Below are positions 37,636 through 50,037 of a stretch of 64,000 nt of DNA, piece by piece. Position numbers and translations under genes: made by a program. Where the stretch lies: assembly GCA_035221665.1 (NCBI GenBank), contig CM069164.1, positions 14,570,001 to 14,634,000 on the forward strand. Reading direction: 5' to 3'. Origin of the DNA: Okamejei kenojei. Taxonomy: Eukaryota. The notes under the pieces are model-generated. The model had not been told where the DNA came from. It worked only from the letters and a program-made list of their open reading frames with translations, and searched no databases. Each line of letters starts with the position of its first letter. The first letter of the stretch is position 1.

Positions 37636-39532
37636 GTAAATGCCTTGATACTTGGGGCTTATTCTCAAATATTACCAGTGATACAAAATGTTTTTTTGTA
37701 TAGGTGTATTACGTTAAAAAAAATGTCATCATGAATTGCTTTTGAATGCAGAAACTTCAAACTCATATTTTCAGCAAACACCAAAGAAATGATACAAAAA
37801 AAGAGCCCACAGAGCCCAGCAATTAGTTTTTTTGGTATAATTTATTTGGTGGGTCAAGTAGCATATGTGGAGGCAAAAGCTGTTAGTTGACATTTCAAGT
37901 CAAAACCCTGCATTTGGACCGAGAGGGAAGAAAGATTGTCAGTACATGTAAGAATGAAGGGAGGGGGGGGGGGGGGGGGGGGACACAAGAGTCTGTTAGA
38001 TGATATGTGGAACCTGTGGAGAGAGAGTGATGGGTAGATGGAACTAGATGGAAGTCTGGCCTCAGTATATTGTTTGCTGGAGTGTAAGGAGTGGATATGA
38101 AAGTGAGAGAACATAGAACCTGTGTGGACAGGTGATTGATGGTCGGTGTGTACTTGGTTGGCCGAAAGGCCTGTTTCCATGCTGTATCTCTAGCCTGTAC
38201 CTCTCGCCTGTACTACTCTATGTATTGGCAATCTTTCCTCCTCCTCAGTCCTGATGCAGGGTCTCAGCCTGAAACATCAATTTACACCGTTTGCATCCAG
38301 AGATATTGCTAGATCTTTTTTTGTTGCATCTCTTTTGTTATCAAATTGTATTGATTGAAGGAAGATATTGACCAGCACACCAGAGGAAGATATTTATGTT
38401 CCAATAAAGCTGCAGACTCCGTAAGTGTTTACCCAACAGGTTGAATGTCACATTCCAATTACAAGATGTGTAGCCTGGAAACGCCTTTGCTTTGCTTAAA
38501 ATTTGCCACAGTACAGGATGGATTCTGTGTCAATATATTGTACAGGCTGCTTTCAATGTGATGGTCGTGTCTGTAATTGAGTGCTCTTGCTGTTCAGTGC
38601 TGGATTTAGTTGTGATTCCTGCCAGTCTCGAGATTTGGAGAGAACAATTTACTGTGCTTCAATTAAAGTTGATTGGTTCTGACACGTATGTGAGAATATT
38701 TCAGGGTGTTTTCTCTGTTTTGTCAGTGCATTACAAAAGGTTTGTTCCAGATGAAGCTCCACTTTCAGTTCTCCTGATAATATTTGGAATTGATGGCAAA
38801 TCCTTACATATTCCTTGGATACTTATGTTTATTTTGTTTCTTGGAGATCATTATATCAAGATTTTAATGTACAAGGTGCTTCATGGGCATATTATTGAAA
38901 TAAATATATATATAACTCCTCCCGCCGATATCTCACCCATCGGGCTTACATTTCACTCCTCTCTCCTTCCTTGCCCCCTTACCATCATCCGCCTTTATCC
39001 ACCTATCTGCCAATAAACCCCCCCCCCCTCACCTGTATCCACCTTCCAGTTGCCTGGGTGTGTCCTGCCCCGCCTCTTTTCCAGCATACTCCCCCACATT
39101 ACAATCAGTCTTGACGAAAGGTCCCGACCCAAAACATTACCTGTCAATGTACTCAGAGATGCTGCTTACAATTTACCATTTACCCCAGCAATTTGTGTTT
39201 TTATAAACCAGCATCTGCAGTTCCTTGTGTCTCTATATAAATGTAAGGCTTTTTATATGTCTTTTGGCAGAATTCAAATAGAATCAGGAAAGCATTGGTT
39301 GTTAGTTTTAGACTTGCTAATTCAGCCTCTATCTTTTAACCTCCTTGCTGTTTCTCTAGAAATTGTCACCTAACAAAACTTAAAATTTGTAGCCATTATA
39401 GTCTATATGTCATTTAACTCACTGAATTTCCAAAGCAAGCGAATCGTATAATTATAATTCATGATAATTCACAAACCTCTTTCTGCATTAACTCTTTGAA
39501 GATGCAAATTACATTAAGCTCCTGTTACTAAT

Positions 39533-39963
39533 TTGCATTGCCAGAGTGAGCAACACCGCAAGTTGGAGGAACAGCACCTCATATTCTGCTTGGAAAGTCT
39601 GCATCCTTTGGGCTTGAACATTGAATTTTCTCAATTCTGTTTACCCTTGCTGTCTCCTCCCCTTCCCACCTCTCCCTCAGCCCCTGGCATTCCCTCTCTC
39701 TCTCTGTTGCTCTCCCACCCTAGTCGCACCAGCTTCTCATTTTCACACCACAAACAGCTTACAATGGCTTGCTCCCTTTATCATCGATACTTTTTTGCAT
39801 ATCTTTCATTCATTGTTCTTTCTCTCCACATCACCGTCTATATCTCTCGTTTCCCTGATCCCTGACCAGTCTGAAGAAGGGTCTCGACCCGAAACGTCAC
39901 CTATCTCCTTCGCTCCTTAGATGCTGCTGCACCCGCTGAGTTTCTCCAGCCTTTTGTGTACCC
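39533..39963 (+). mobile_element. Penelope-like element 3' fragment with intact hammerhead core
   Basis: ORF 39533 (HCQSEQHRKLEEQHLIFCLESLHPLGLNIEF); CTGAAGA at 39871, GAAACGTC at 39891-39898. Confidence 0.88.
39871..39898 (+). ncRNA. Minimal hammerhead motif, sense in SPG11 intron 37
   Basis: Core identical to the 59263 copy. Confidence 0.6.
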
Positions 39964-39974
39964 GTGTAATTATA

Positions 39975-41110
39975 GTTGGCATGTTTGCAGATAGCATTAA
40001 AGTAGTGGTAAGATAGTGTGGGTGGTTATCAAGAATTACAGCGGGATCTTGATCAGCTGGGCAATTGCCTGAGGAATGGTACTTTGTATGAAATATTTCA
40101 TTTTGGTAAGTCAAACCAGGGCAGGATCTTCACAGTGAATGGTAAGGCCCTGGGGAGTGTTGTCAAGCAAAGGGATCTAGAATAACTACATAGTTCCTTG
40201 AAAGTGGCATCATAGACAGATAGGGAGGTGAAGAAGAGTTTTGGGACACTGGCTTCATCAGTCAGGGAATTGAGTACATTAGTTGGGACAAAAGCAAAGT
40301 GCTGGAGGAATTCAGAAGTTCACACAGCATCTATGGAGAGAATAGACAGGCGACATTTCAGGTTGGGACTCGACTTAAGACTGGAGTTTAGCTGGATTCC
40401 AGTCTGAAGAAGGGTCTCAACCCAAACCATTGTCTGTCCATCCCCTCCACAGATGCTGCCTGACCTGCTAAGTTCCTCCAGCAGTTTATTTTTGTCCAGG
40501 ATTCCAGCATCTGCAGTTTCCTGTATCTCCATAGAAGTTGGGACACTATTACAGTTGTGCAAGACATTGGTGAGGCCACATATGGAATATTGTGTTCAGT
40601 TTTGGCAACCTTGTTATTAGATAGATGCCATTAAGCTGGAGGTAGTGCAGAAAAGAATCTCAAGGGCCTGAGATTCATGAAAGGTTGACCTATCCATATC
40701 CTCTAGAGATGCTGCCTGACCCACTGTATTATTCCTTAGTGCGCTGAACTTATACACGTGTATAAAATCATGAGGAAATATGGTGAATAATATTCCCAAG
40801 GTAGGGGAATCAAGAACAAACGCATAGATTTAGGGTGAGAAGAAAGTTTTAATAAGGACCTCGGGGCCAATATTTACATACAGAAGATAGTGCAGCTCTG
40901 GAACAAGCTGAAAGAGGAACTAATTGATGCAGGTACAATAACATTTAGTTTAGTTTAGGGATACCACATGGAAACAGGCCATGTGAGTCCACACAAACCA
41001 TCGATCACCTGTTAAAAGAATTTGGATCAGGTACATGGATAGGAAAGGGTCAGAGCGATATGGGGCATCTTGTTCAGCAATAGCAATTTGGGCCAAAGGG
41101 CTGTATGATT
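39975..41110 (+). mobile_element. Degenerate CR1 interrupted by Penelope-derived mini-elements
   Basis: CR1-like phrases (ttggtgaggccacatatggaatattgtgttcagttttgg) with inserts at ~40290-40530 and ~40680-40730. Boundaries approximate. Confidence 0.75.
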
Positions 41111-41560
41111 ATGTGACATGAAAGTGCTCTACAGCTTGAATACTGTTGTGAAATGTTGACGGATATGTTTTAGTTAGCTCCATGCTTTGTTCCAGAATAA
41201 ATGTGTAAAAAAATTTTATTTTGATTTATAGCAAGGTTTGTTGAGGTCTATACTCTTAGGTTAAAACCAATGCAAATAAAAGAATTATTTATACTCATCC
41301 CACCCACATAAAGCCATTTAGAGGAAGTATAGATTTATCTGCTGAAGTAGACGGGGAGTGCTCAAATAAAGATTGTTGCTATCTTGTTGTTAGGTATGTG
41401 ATCCTTAATGTTCTGGAACCAAGTTGTTGAGTATGATGGTGCCAACCCAAATTATAACTTGTCCCTTAGTTAATAACTCTGTGGTAATGGGGCTTATGCT
41501 GTCATGTTAAGTCACTGGTTTTCACTGAGTTTCAATACTTGCTAACCTTCCTGTTTCTAG

Positions 41561-41716
41561 GACTCGTGTATCCGCCGAGCCTCTCAGTGTGTGAAGCTAG
41601 CCAAACTGGTGACCCTCCAGCTCCACTTCTTAAACAGCAACCAGGATGTGCAGTTAATTAATCTGCAGAGAAATGACTTGATGACTTGTATCCTCTCCTT
41701 ACCAAAGTTCTATCAG
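41561..41716 (+). CDS. SPG11: Spatacsin exon (~exon 38), 156 bp
   Basis: tctag|GACTCG...TATCAG|gtactg. Encodes DSCIRRASQCVKLAKLVTLQLHFLNSNQDVQLINL...ILSLPKFYQ. Confidence 0.96.
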
Positions 41717-43203
41717 GTACTGTGAATAATTGTTTAGTTACATTAGCTGCATGGATCAATTTAGCTCACTTTAGTTACAGGTTGGCAGAGTGGCTGAACA
41801 CGTTAACGGGTTTGCTCCCCCCCCCCCCTATCTATATCTATCTACCTCGACAGAAAAATTAACAATGAATATCCACAGAAGCCCCAAAACTCTCCGGCCA
41901 TCTTGACTACATATTGTAAGGATTCCATTTATTTCTCTAAGTTTCAGTCTCTCTCAAATTGCCTTCAATTACAAGACTTTCCATACCTTTTTAGCTTAGC
42001 CATAAAGTGTAGCTCAGCTATTCCTGCACTTCAGCTCCCATTCCCTCTTCTTGACAGAGCGTGGATACAGTTCCCCTGATTCTTACAACGGCCATTCATT
42101 CACTCCATTGGCCTTGGTAAGTCACAAGTTGTGCTGGCTTCAACACCACCAGACATATTTGATCTGCGCAGCTCCATCATTGAGACACACCAACCACTTC
42201 CCTTACCATGTCACTTTGTCATTCAACCTCAGGAGATGTTCCTTTACTTCATCCCTTCCGACCAGAAATCAGTGTTTTCTGATGGTGTATGGTCCTACAC
42301 AGGGGCCATTGTGTGTTCTTCCAAGTGAAGAAATGATATATTTCCAATTTTGTTTCTAGTTCAGATTTCCAGCAATGGTTCTTACTTTAAGCTGTTCTTT
42401 TAATTCTGATCTTTTTGTTTCAATTCAGGTAAAGTTGTTGCTGATTTTGCTCCCTTCATCAAGGTTGTGCACAGCACCAGCTTTCCAATTGTGATATGGA
42501 TCAGACAATTAGCTGAGGTTGGGGAGAAATCCAAAGGCTAAAATTGTCTGCGGAGACTAGTGTTTTCTGATGGTGTACACTATTAAATGACAACTTTTTT
42601 GCTCTTCACCTTGGTCACAAACCATAGGTTTGGGAAAGGACGAGAGAGCAGTCCCGAGCTATCTACCTCGTTGAAGACCCTCGGACTATCTTTAATTGGA
42701 CTTTACCTTGCACTAAATGTTATTCCATTTATCATGTATCAGTACACTGGACGGCTTGATTGTAATCATGTATCGTCTTTCCGCTGACCGAAAGCTTTTT
42801 ATTGTACCTCGCTACACATGACAATAAATGAAGTAGCTATGGTGAGTAACTGCAATTTGTAGATGGTACACACCATAGCCACTGTAAACCTGTGGTGAAG
42901 GCAAGAATGTTTAAAAACCCAGGAAAATGTTGAGCTTCCAGCTACACTCATCCAGATAATTAGATTGAGATTACCTGGGGACGGAAAGTCCAGAACAAAA
43001 AAAATGTTGTAGTAACATATTGGAATTCTATGCAATTAACTATCTTGTGAGAAATCAGCATTACTGACAACTCAACCATTAAACTAGTTTATAGACATAT
43101 ACATTCCTATTATAAGCCCCAAAGTCCATTGAGTTTCTTGGTCAATGATAATATTTACCTTAACTGCAGAACTCATTCAATTCATTCTCTTTTTCCTTTC
43201 TAG

Positions 43204-43355
43204 GCTTCCATAGTTGCAGAGGCATATGACTTTGTACCCGATTGGGCAGAAGTTCTTTACCAGCATGTGATTGTTTGTGGTGATTTTGCTTATCTAGAGG
43301 AGTTTAAACAACAGCACCAGCTACAGCACAGCCTGTTTGAGGAAATTTCCACTAA
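43204..43355 (+). CDS. SPG11: Spatacsin exon (~exon 39), 152 bp
   Basis: tctag|GCTTCC...ACTAA|gtaagt. Encodes ASIVAEAYDFVPDWAEVLYQHVIVCGDFAYLEEFKQQ...LFEEIST. Confidence 0.96.
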
Positions 43356-44370
43356 GTAAGTATTATTGATACAAAAAGTTTTAACTATTATTGGACTACC
43401 TCATGTTGGTTGGCTTGGATGATTTAGGCTGAAGGCTCAGTTTCCATGATATATTATTCGTACAGCTATTGGTTGGGAAGGGAGAATTGAGACAAAACCT
43501 AAAGATACACAAATGATTTATTTGTAAGAGAAAAGTTTTTATTTGCTCATTGACAATTGTTTCTAAGGATCTAAATAAAATAAGAAGGTTGGCGTTATTT
43601 TCAGAGCTGATGTAAAGAGTACTGAACCGTGAGAGTAAAATTTGGAAATCAGTATTTTCACTGTTTGAGTAGACTGGAATTAAAGTTTTTAGATGTGTAA
43701 ATTAAATGTCTTTTATTGTGGGGCATCATTCCTTCTGCCTGACTATATAATGAATGCTTGGACATCTCAGACTCCCTGAAAATCATGCTTGTTAGTGACA
43801 GCTGCCCATGTCACTGACTGGAAGGTAGTCATTCCACTGGGTAACCAGCAGGTTCTGTGGGAGGAGAAATGTAATCTTGATTTCTGGTGTAAGAATATCC
43901 AGTGATATCAAAGGAGGAATATTTAAAAGCAGCCAGTCAGGTAATGTAAACAACCAACAGATTGTAAAATTTCACCTGGTTCTGATATCCTTCAAGGAAG
44001 AATTTTGGCCCCCTCTCTTCAGTCTGGCTCATGAGTGAATCCAGACCCATGGTCCTCTTAACTATTCCGTTATTTCAGGGTCAATTAGAGATAGGTAACA
44101 CACCAAGCTGGTGTCCTATTATTGAAGAAATACAAAAATATGGCCCATAATCTTGTTTTTGAGCATGGGAAAGAGAAAATATTATAAATTTGCCAGTCGA
44201 TGTTCACACCACACTGATATAAATTATCACAGAAAGTAACAAGAATAAGATTTGTGAAGCCAAACTGAATTCCAGTTATAAAGATGTTTGAAAAGAGAAT
44301 CCATGCAGTAAATAAAAATATTTCCTTGTACAAGATTGGAAAATGGGATGTCTTTTTTTAATACTTCCAG

Positions 44371-44551
44371 ATTTAAACAGCAAAAGGGAAATGCTGGAGC
44401 AAGTCAAAATCTGAAGCGGTTACTGCAGTACTGTGAAGATGTCTACCTGTTTTATAAAATGGCTTATGAACACAATTTCACAGACATTGCAAACAAGCTC
44501 CTTAAAGAACCCCAGACAAGATGTTACCTAAAAGACATGATTGCCAGCTAA
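44371..44551 (+). CDS. SPG11: Spatacsin terminal coding exon (~exon 40) to TAA stop
   Basis: ttccag|ATTTAAA...AGCTAA. Encodes FKQQKG...NLKRLLQYCEDVYLFYKMAYEHNF...LLKEPQTRCYLKDMIAS*. Confidence 0.96.
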
Positions 44552-44674
44552 GTATTTATGCTCTAAGTTTTCAGTTTGGGTTGAAGCTCAATACATATAA
44601 ATAGTCTGTTCAGATTGTAAAAAAATGTAATTATGTAAATATGTTTCGCTTTTGAGTTGACCAATATTTCACTG

Positions 44675-44868
44675 GTAGACACAAAAAGCTGGAGTAACTC
44701 AGCGGGACAGGCAGCATCTCTGGAGAGAAGGAATGGGTGACGTTTCTTGTTGAGACACTTTTTCAGACCTTCTCTCCCGAGATGCTGCCTGTCCCGCTGA
44801 GTTATTCCAGCGTTTTGTGTCTATATCTTCGGTTTAAACCAGCATCTGCAGTTCCTTCTTACACATTA
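44675..44868. mobile_element. Fold-back Penelope-derived mini-element in the SPG11 3' UTR with 12-bp TSD
   Basis: TSD AATATTTCACTG at 44663-44674 and 44869-44880; inverted arms at 44676-44731 and 44768-44823. Confidence 0.88.
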
Positions 44869-47741
44869 AATATTTCACTGATGTTTAGTACAATGCTTAT
44901 TTACATTCAGACTAAAAGCAACTATGTCTTGGTGAATGAATAGTACGGACCCAGTGTACATATACAGCTGCTACTTGGAAATAGCAGTTGAGCAAAGTGC
45001 AGTACAGGGTAGAGTTTCTGAATGGTATTAGAGTGACTACCATGCAATTATCCTTCATATGTAAATTAAAGCCCAAGAACATGCTGGCACTGAATACAAT
45101 GGCTGAAATAAAACAATGATTTTTTTTTTGTCTACATGTTTTTGCTGCCTGCATCCATTCACTGGTCTGTACCATCATCACAGGTCTGTAACAATTGCAC
45201 TGAATACTCAGAAAGTAGCCATAATTACCAACTTCTAGCACCTGGCCAGAATGCATGATTTAAGATTACTAAAGCATGTATGACAGTAATACAAACCTCT
45301 CATAGTAGCACCATCTCATCTATACATATCTAGGCTAGGGTCTGGAAACAAAGGCAGGTAGAAGGACCCATGGGATTTGAACCTTGAACCAGCAGGATAT
45401 TTAATGAATAGGGCTGCCAATTTTATGTGACAGGTAAAGCATGGTTGGGAAAGGTTTCTTTAATTGTACACAGCCCCTGCAAGGGTGGTGTCATGCAGAC
45501 TTTTACAGACTATAATTTACCAGAATACAAGGAAAGTAGTATAGTGGAAGAAAATGGGATTGACCTACCTACAGCTGGTACTGACTTGTGGTGGCTGAAT
45601 GGCCATTTAACCATACTGTTATCACTAGCAGTTTCAGATCAAGCCTTGCAGGAATGATATTTCAATATAGTGTCTTGGATGACCACTTGTTCTCCTGGAG
45701 GTAAATAATTAGCAGTTAATATCCCATATATAAGGCAAAACCATTCTAGTATAGTACAATTCTGATCTCACAGGAGTGAAATCAAAGATGGGTAAAATTA
45801 GAAAAGCAGTCCTCTTTAAATAAAAAAAGTTATAACAAATGGGAATGTATGCTGCAATCTTTGTAAAGCACAACCAGGTCTGGTTTATATTTTCTGAAGG
45901 GCACGAGAAACAATGCAGAAAATGATATTATATTCATTTATTTTCCTGAAACATAGCAAGTGTCCAATTATGTTTACATGTAGTAAAGCCTTCCTGACTA
46001 ATCAACAACAGATAAGATTAATGTAAAAATAAATTACTCATCTGTTGTACTGTTCAATGGATAGTGGGAAGTTATGTTTCGTATAATAAATTTGGGACAG
46101 GTAGAGAGGTCAATACAAGAGCTACTGTTAGCTGTTTGTGTTCAAGACTGCAAAATGCAAACATTGCTAATTAAAATAATACCAAGGAATTTTGAAAATA
46201 ATGCATAATTTCCCATTACGAAGAAATTATACTAGGTTGCAAAAGCACCTCATGATCATTGTAGAATCTATGTAAAGTGCAGTTAAAATGAATAAACTGA
46301 ACATTTACTGCACTGATGTCACTTAATACCCACTTCCAACCCATTACAAAAGACCGGCCAGAGTTACAGCTGGTAAGCAGCACATGCCTTCAACACTGTG
46401 CAAGAGAGTTTATCCCACAACTCTAGAGTGGAATATGTAAAAATAAAGGCCACATTTCACACTGCAGCATTTTCATTGAAGTTTCTGCATTCAGTTCCAT
46501 TAGTGCAAGTCGCTGGCATGAAGATTTCATGTAATTTCCCCTATTGTTAGCATCTTTGATTCAAAACCCTTTCACAAGGGTCTACTTTCTGCTATCTCAT
46601 GCTTTCAACAAAAATGCTTAAAGCCAAATGCCAGGTCTCTGATAGGACCAATTAAATAGGCAGCATCGAAACAAGGCAAGTAAGTTTCCCTGACTTGCCT
46701 AAAGCCAGACTTCAAAGTATAATCCCATTTAAAAAAAAGTGGCATCAGTCCAGTCTGTCAACCAGTCAGTCATTCCTCGCCACAAGCTAAGCCAGCAAAG
46801 TGGGCGTTGTTGCAACTAGATTTTGTCCACACCAGTCATACATTAAGTGAGAACACCTAGGCCAATGGGTGAACTCTCCCCATAACCCCAGCCGCACAAT
46901 ATTTTACCCCTGAAATAAGAGTATGGTTTTTATATAGCACCTCTCACAAACTCAAGATGGAACAAGGTGCTTTACAGCCAATTAAGTACTCTTTGTAGTC
47001 ACTGTTTTAATGCAAGAAATGCAGCAGTTAATCTGTAACCGGCAAGCTCCCACAAACAGCAATTTGATGAAAAGATCATTATTTTAAAGTGATGGTGGAA
47101 GAGCAAAGAGAGTAAATGGAAATGTTATATTCTTTAAAGTCTTCAATTTCCCAAGGAGGCGGGGCAAAAAAAGAAACACCATAAGGAGATCACATGGCTC
47201 TTGCCTATTAGCCCAATTCAGAGTAAGCATGGAGCATTGCGGGCATGTTCTCTTAAGGCAGACTGACTCGGAAACCAAAAGACACAATGTCAGAAAATCA
47301 GGTTCTCTAGTTGGACTGTTTTAGTTTCTGAGAGAGAAAACACTGGCAAAATTTAAGAACTTCTAAAAATAGTAATCCGACTCTGCAATTCTACAGTATC
47401 ACAATAAACGTGATATTAGGTCAGTTCAGGTCACAATATAGATGCTGAGGCATTGACACTGCAAGGCTCCATATTTTTTTCCAAATATATAGCTCTCTTC
47501 CCCACCCACCCCAAATCCATGCAGGTACTTTCTCCACAGTGCTATGTGAGTGTTGTCACTGACAGTAACGATGCGTAATTATGGTACCAGTAGTAAAACC
47601 TGTTGATGTTATTATGGGGCATCCAGTGTCCTGGCTAGTTCCATAACAACGCAAGGGTTCTGTGCAGCTCAAGGACAAACCAGCAACAGGAGATTGTCTA
47701 CAAAAAACATGCTGGAAGAAGCCTGGGTCATGAGGACAGGA

Positions 47742-47858
47742 TCACATGAAGTCATCGTACTCCTGCGCGTAATCATAGTCATCAAGATCATCTCTCAGGT
47801 TTGCCTTAAATCCACCCGCGAGGACAGGGGCCTTTTTCTTCTTCTTGGCTTTGGTTTG
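47742..47858 (-). CDS. EIF3J: eIF3 subunit J terminal coding exon (~exon 8)
   Basis: Minus strand tttag|CAAACC...ATGTGA. Encodes QTKAKKKKKAPVLAGGFKANLRDDLDDYDYAQEYDDFM*, the typical eIF3j C-terminus. Confidence 0.96.
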   Translation of the reverse strand, partial: QTKAKKKKKAPVLAGGFKANLRDDLDDYDYAQEYDDFM

Positions 47859-48227
47859 CTAAAGGGTTGAAACAAAAATAGTCAGCCTTCCTCACCAGAA
47901 GATTTGAAAGGAGTTTATTTGTGTGTAAATCTTCTACAACAACCTGTACCTTCAATATCAAAAAATCTCAAAGTTATTCATATGATTGTTATTGAACAAA
48001 ATACTAACATCAAATCAAAGGACAGGTGGCCAAATGCTTTGTGAATTAAGCAAGTCTTAAAGGACATTGGCATTCCAGGTCTAAAGGCTCAGAGTTCGAT
48101 GTACAAGTACTGATAGTAAACCGTGAAAAATCATTTCAGAAGTAATGGCTCCCAAAAGTCAGTGAACCAGTATTAATGATAATGGTCCCAAAAATAATTT
48201 GTATTACTTTAAAGTTTTTTCTCTGTG

Positions 48228-48745
48228 ACATAGAAAATTAAGTGCAGGAGGAGGCCATTCGGCCCTTCGAGCCAGCACTGCCATTCATTGTGATCATGGC
48301 TGATCGTCCCCAATCAATAACCTGTGCCTGCCTTTTCCCCATATCCCTTGATTCCACTAGCCCCTAGAGCCCTATCGAACTCTCTCTTAAATCCATCCAG
48401 TGATTTGGCCACTGCCCTCTGTGGCAGGGAATTCCATAAATTCACAACTCTCTGGGTGAAAATGTTTTTTCTCACCTAAATTTTAAATTGCCTCCCCTTT
48501 ATTCTAAGACTGTGGCCCCTGGTTCTGGACTTGCCCAACATTGGGGACATTTTTCCTGCATCTAGCTTGTCCAGTTCTTTTATAAATTAATGTTTCTATA
48601 AGATTCCCCCTTATCCTTCTAAACTCCAGTGAATACAAGCATAATCTTTTCAATCTTTCCTCATATGACAGTCCCGCCATCCCAGGGATCAATCTTTTGA
48701 ACCTACGCTGCACTACCTCAATCACAAGGATGTCCTTCCTCAAAT
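48228..48745 (-). mobile_element. CR1 3' fragment in the last EIF3J intron
   Basis: ORF 48504..48743 (RKDILVIEVVQRRF...YSLEFRRIRGNLIE); same 3' UTR as the 9280 copy. Confidence 0.9.
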
Positions 48746-49427
48746 TATCTCATTAAAACATATACAAAATAAGTCAGGATTTATACAAACCAGCACAATA
48801 TCATTTACTTACAGGTATAAAGTTAAAGCTAGAGGGCATAAATTTAGGGTAAAGCATTAGAGACTTCACAGGTATCCCTTGCAGAACGTTTTCACTCAGA
48901 GTGGTTGAAATCTGGACACACCGCCTAAGTGGGTGATGGAAGCAAGTTCTCGCACAGCATTTATCTGAATGAACATTTATATTCCAAAGTTATAGGCTGC
49001 AGACTTTGCTGATCGAACTTTGCCACCCACATGAACAATATTATGGATGCAGGGCGAGTGTTGGTAAGGGAATGGTGAGTGAGTAATGTACCACTTACAG
49101 AGGTGAATTGGATGGAAACATCTCACAGGTGAAATGTTGCCCAGCTTTGGGTTAATGTTTCTTCCAAAATATTGCAATTCCAACATATCAGGACTCTCTC
49201 AGTATTGCATATGGAACAACCAGAATTTTAAGATAAAATGTTTGGCAGGATGTTTATCTTGATCTCTCTGACTTAGTGGCGACTCTACACTAAGCCACAC
49301 CTACTTTTTGATTGTGACCTGAATAAGTTCAGAATCTCTGTGCCTGTTTAAAAACTCAATACTACTTTATCTGCCTCCTGGCTCCGATATGAGGTGGGGA
49401 AAATTGAGATGCCGAGGATCTTCTTAC

Positions 49428-49501
49428 CTTTTCTTGTTTAAGTTTTTCAGAACACAGTGACGTCAAAGAGTTGTTCAGCTTTTTCAAGTCGTCAGCTTCC
49501 A
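49428..49501 (-). CDS. EIF3J: eIF3j exon (~exon 7), 74 bp
   Basis: ttcag|TGGAAG...GAAAAG|gtaag. Encodes (L)EADDLKKLNNSLTSLCSEKLKQEK. Confidence 0.95.
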
Positions 49502-49872
49502 CTGAAAAAAAAGTCAGAGCTGAAATCCTGCAACCTCAAACACACATGGGCCCAGTAGTAAACAGCAAAATTTTAACACCCAAAAATACTACCCTGGAGA
49601 TGGAACCCATCAGACAAATGCCTCTGGACTCTGCATAAACTAAACACGAACAGAATCCAATTCCCCTGTTTGATTATGCAAGGAATCCTGTATGAAGATT
49701 ACGTCCAAATGTACCTTGGAGGCAGATCAATTTTTGATAACACAAGAGCTCAATGTTAGACTCTGAAATCCTACAAGACTATTAGAAGACCATTCCAGCA
49801 TGATTACTAATTTTTGACAATGCCAAAATATATAAACCAACAAAAATGTCTACACCCACATAATCAACTTAC

Positions 49873-50037
49873 ATGAAATGCTAATGTCTGTGAGTAAGGT
49901 TTCCAAGAAGTCCACATAATGTATAGATTTTTCAAACTGTGTAATCTTTTCCTTCAAAAGTTTCCCAAATTCTGTAAAGTCTTCTCTAGTAGATGGGCAC
50001 ATGGAGTCAATTCCAAACTGCTTTACACTGTTCATGC
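49873..50037 (-). CDS. EIF3J: eIF3j exon (~exon 6), 165 bp
   Basis: ccag|GCATG...ATTTCAT|gtaagt. Encodes GMNSVKQFGIDSMCPSTREDFTEFGKLLKEKITQFEKSIHYVDFLETLLTDISIS. Confidence 0.96.

Noticed and set aside
38492-39016. 174-aa hydrophobic ORF in SPG11 intron 37
   Set aside because: TTG start, T-rich composition, no recognisable homology, and its 3' end runs into a Penelope repeat.
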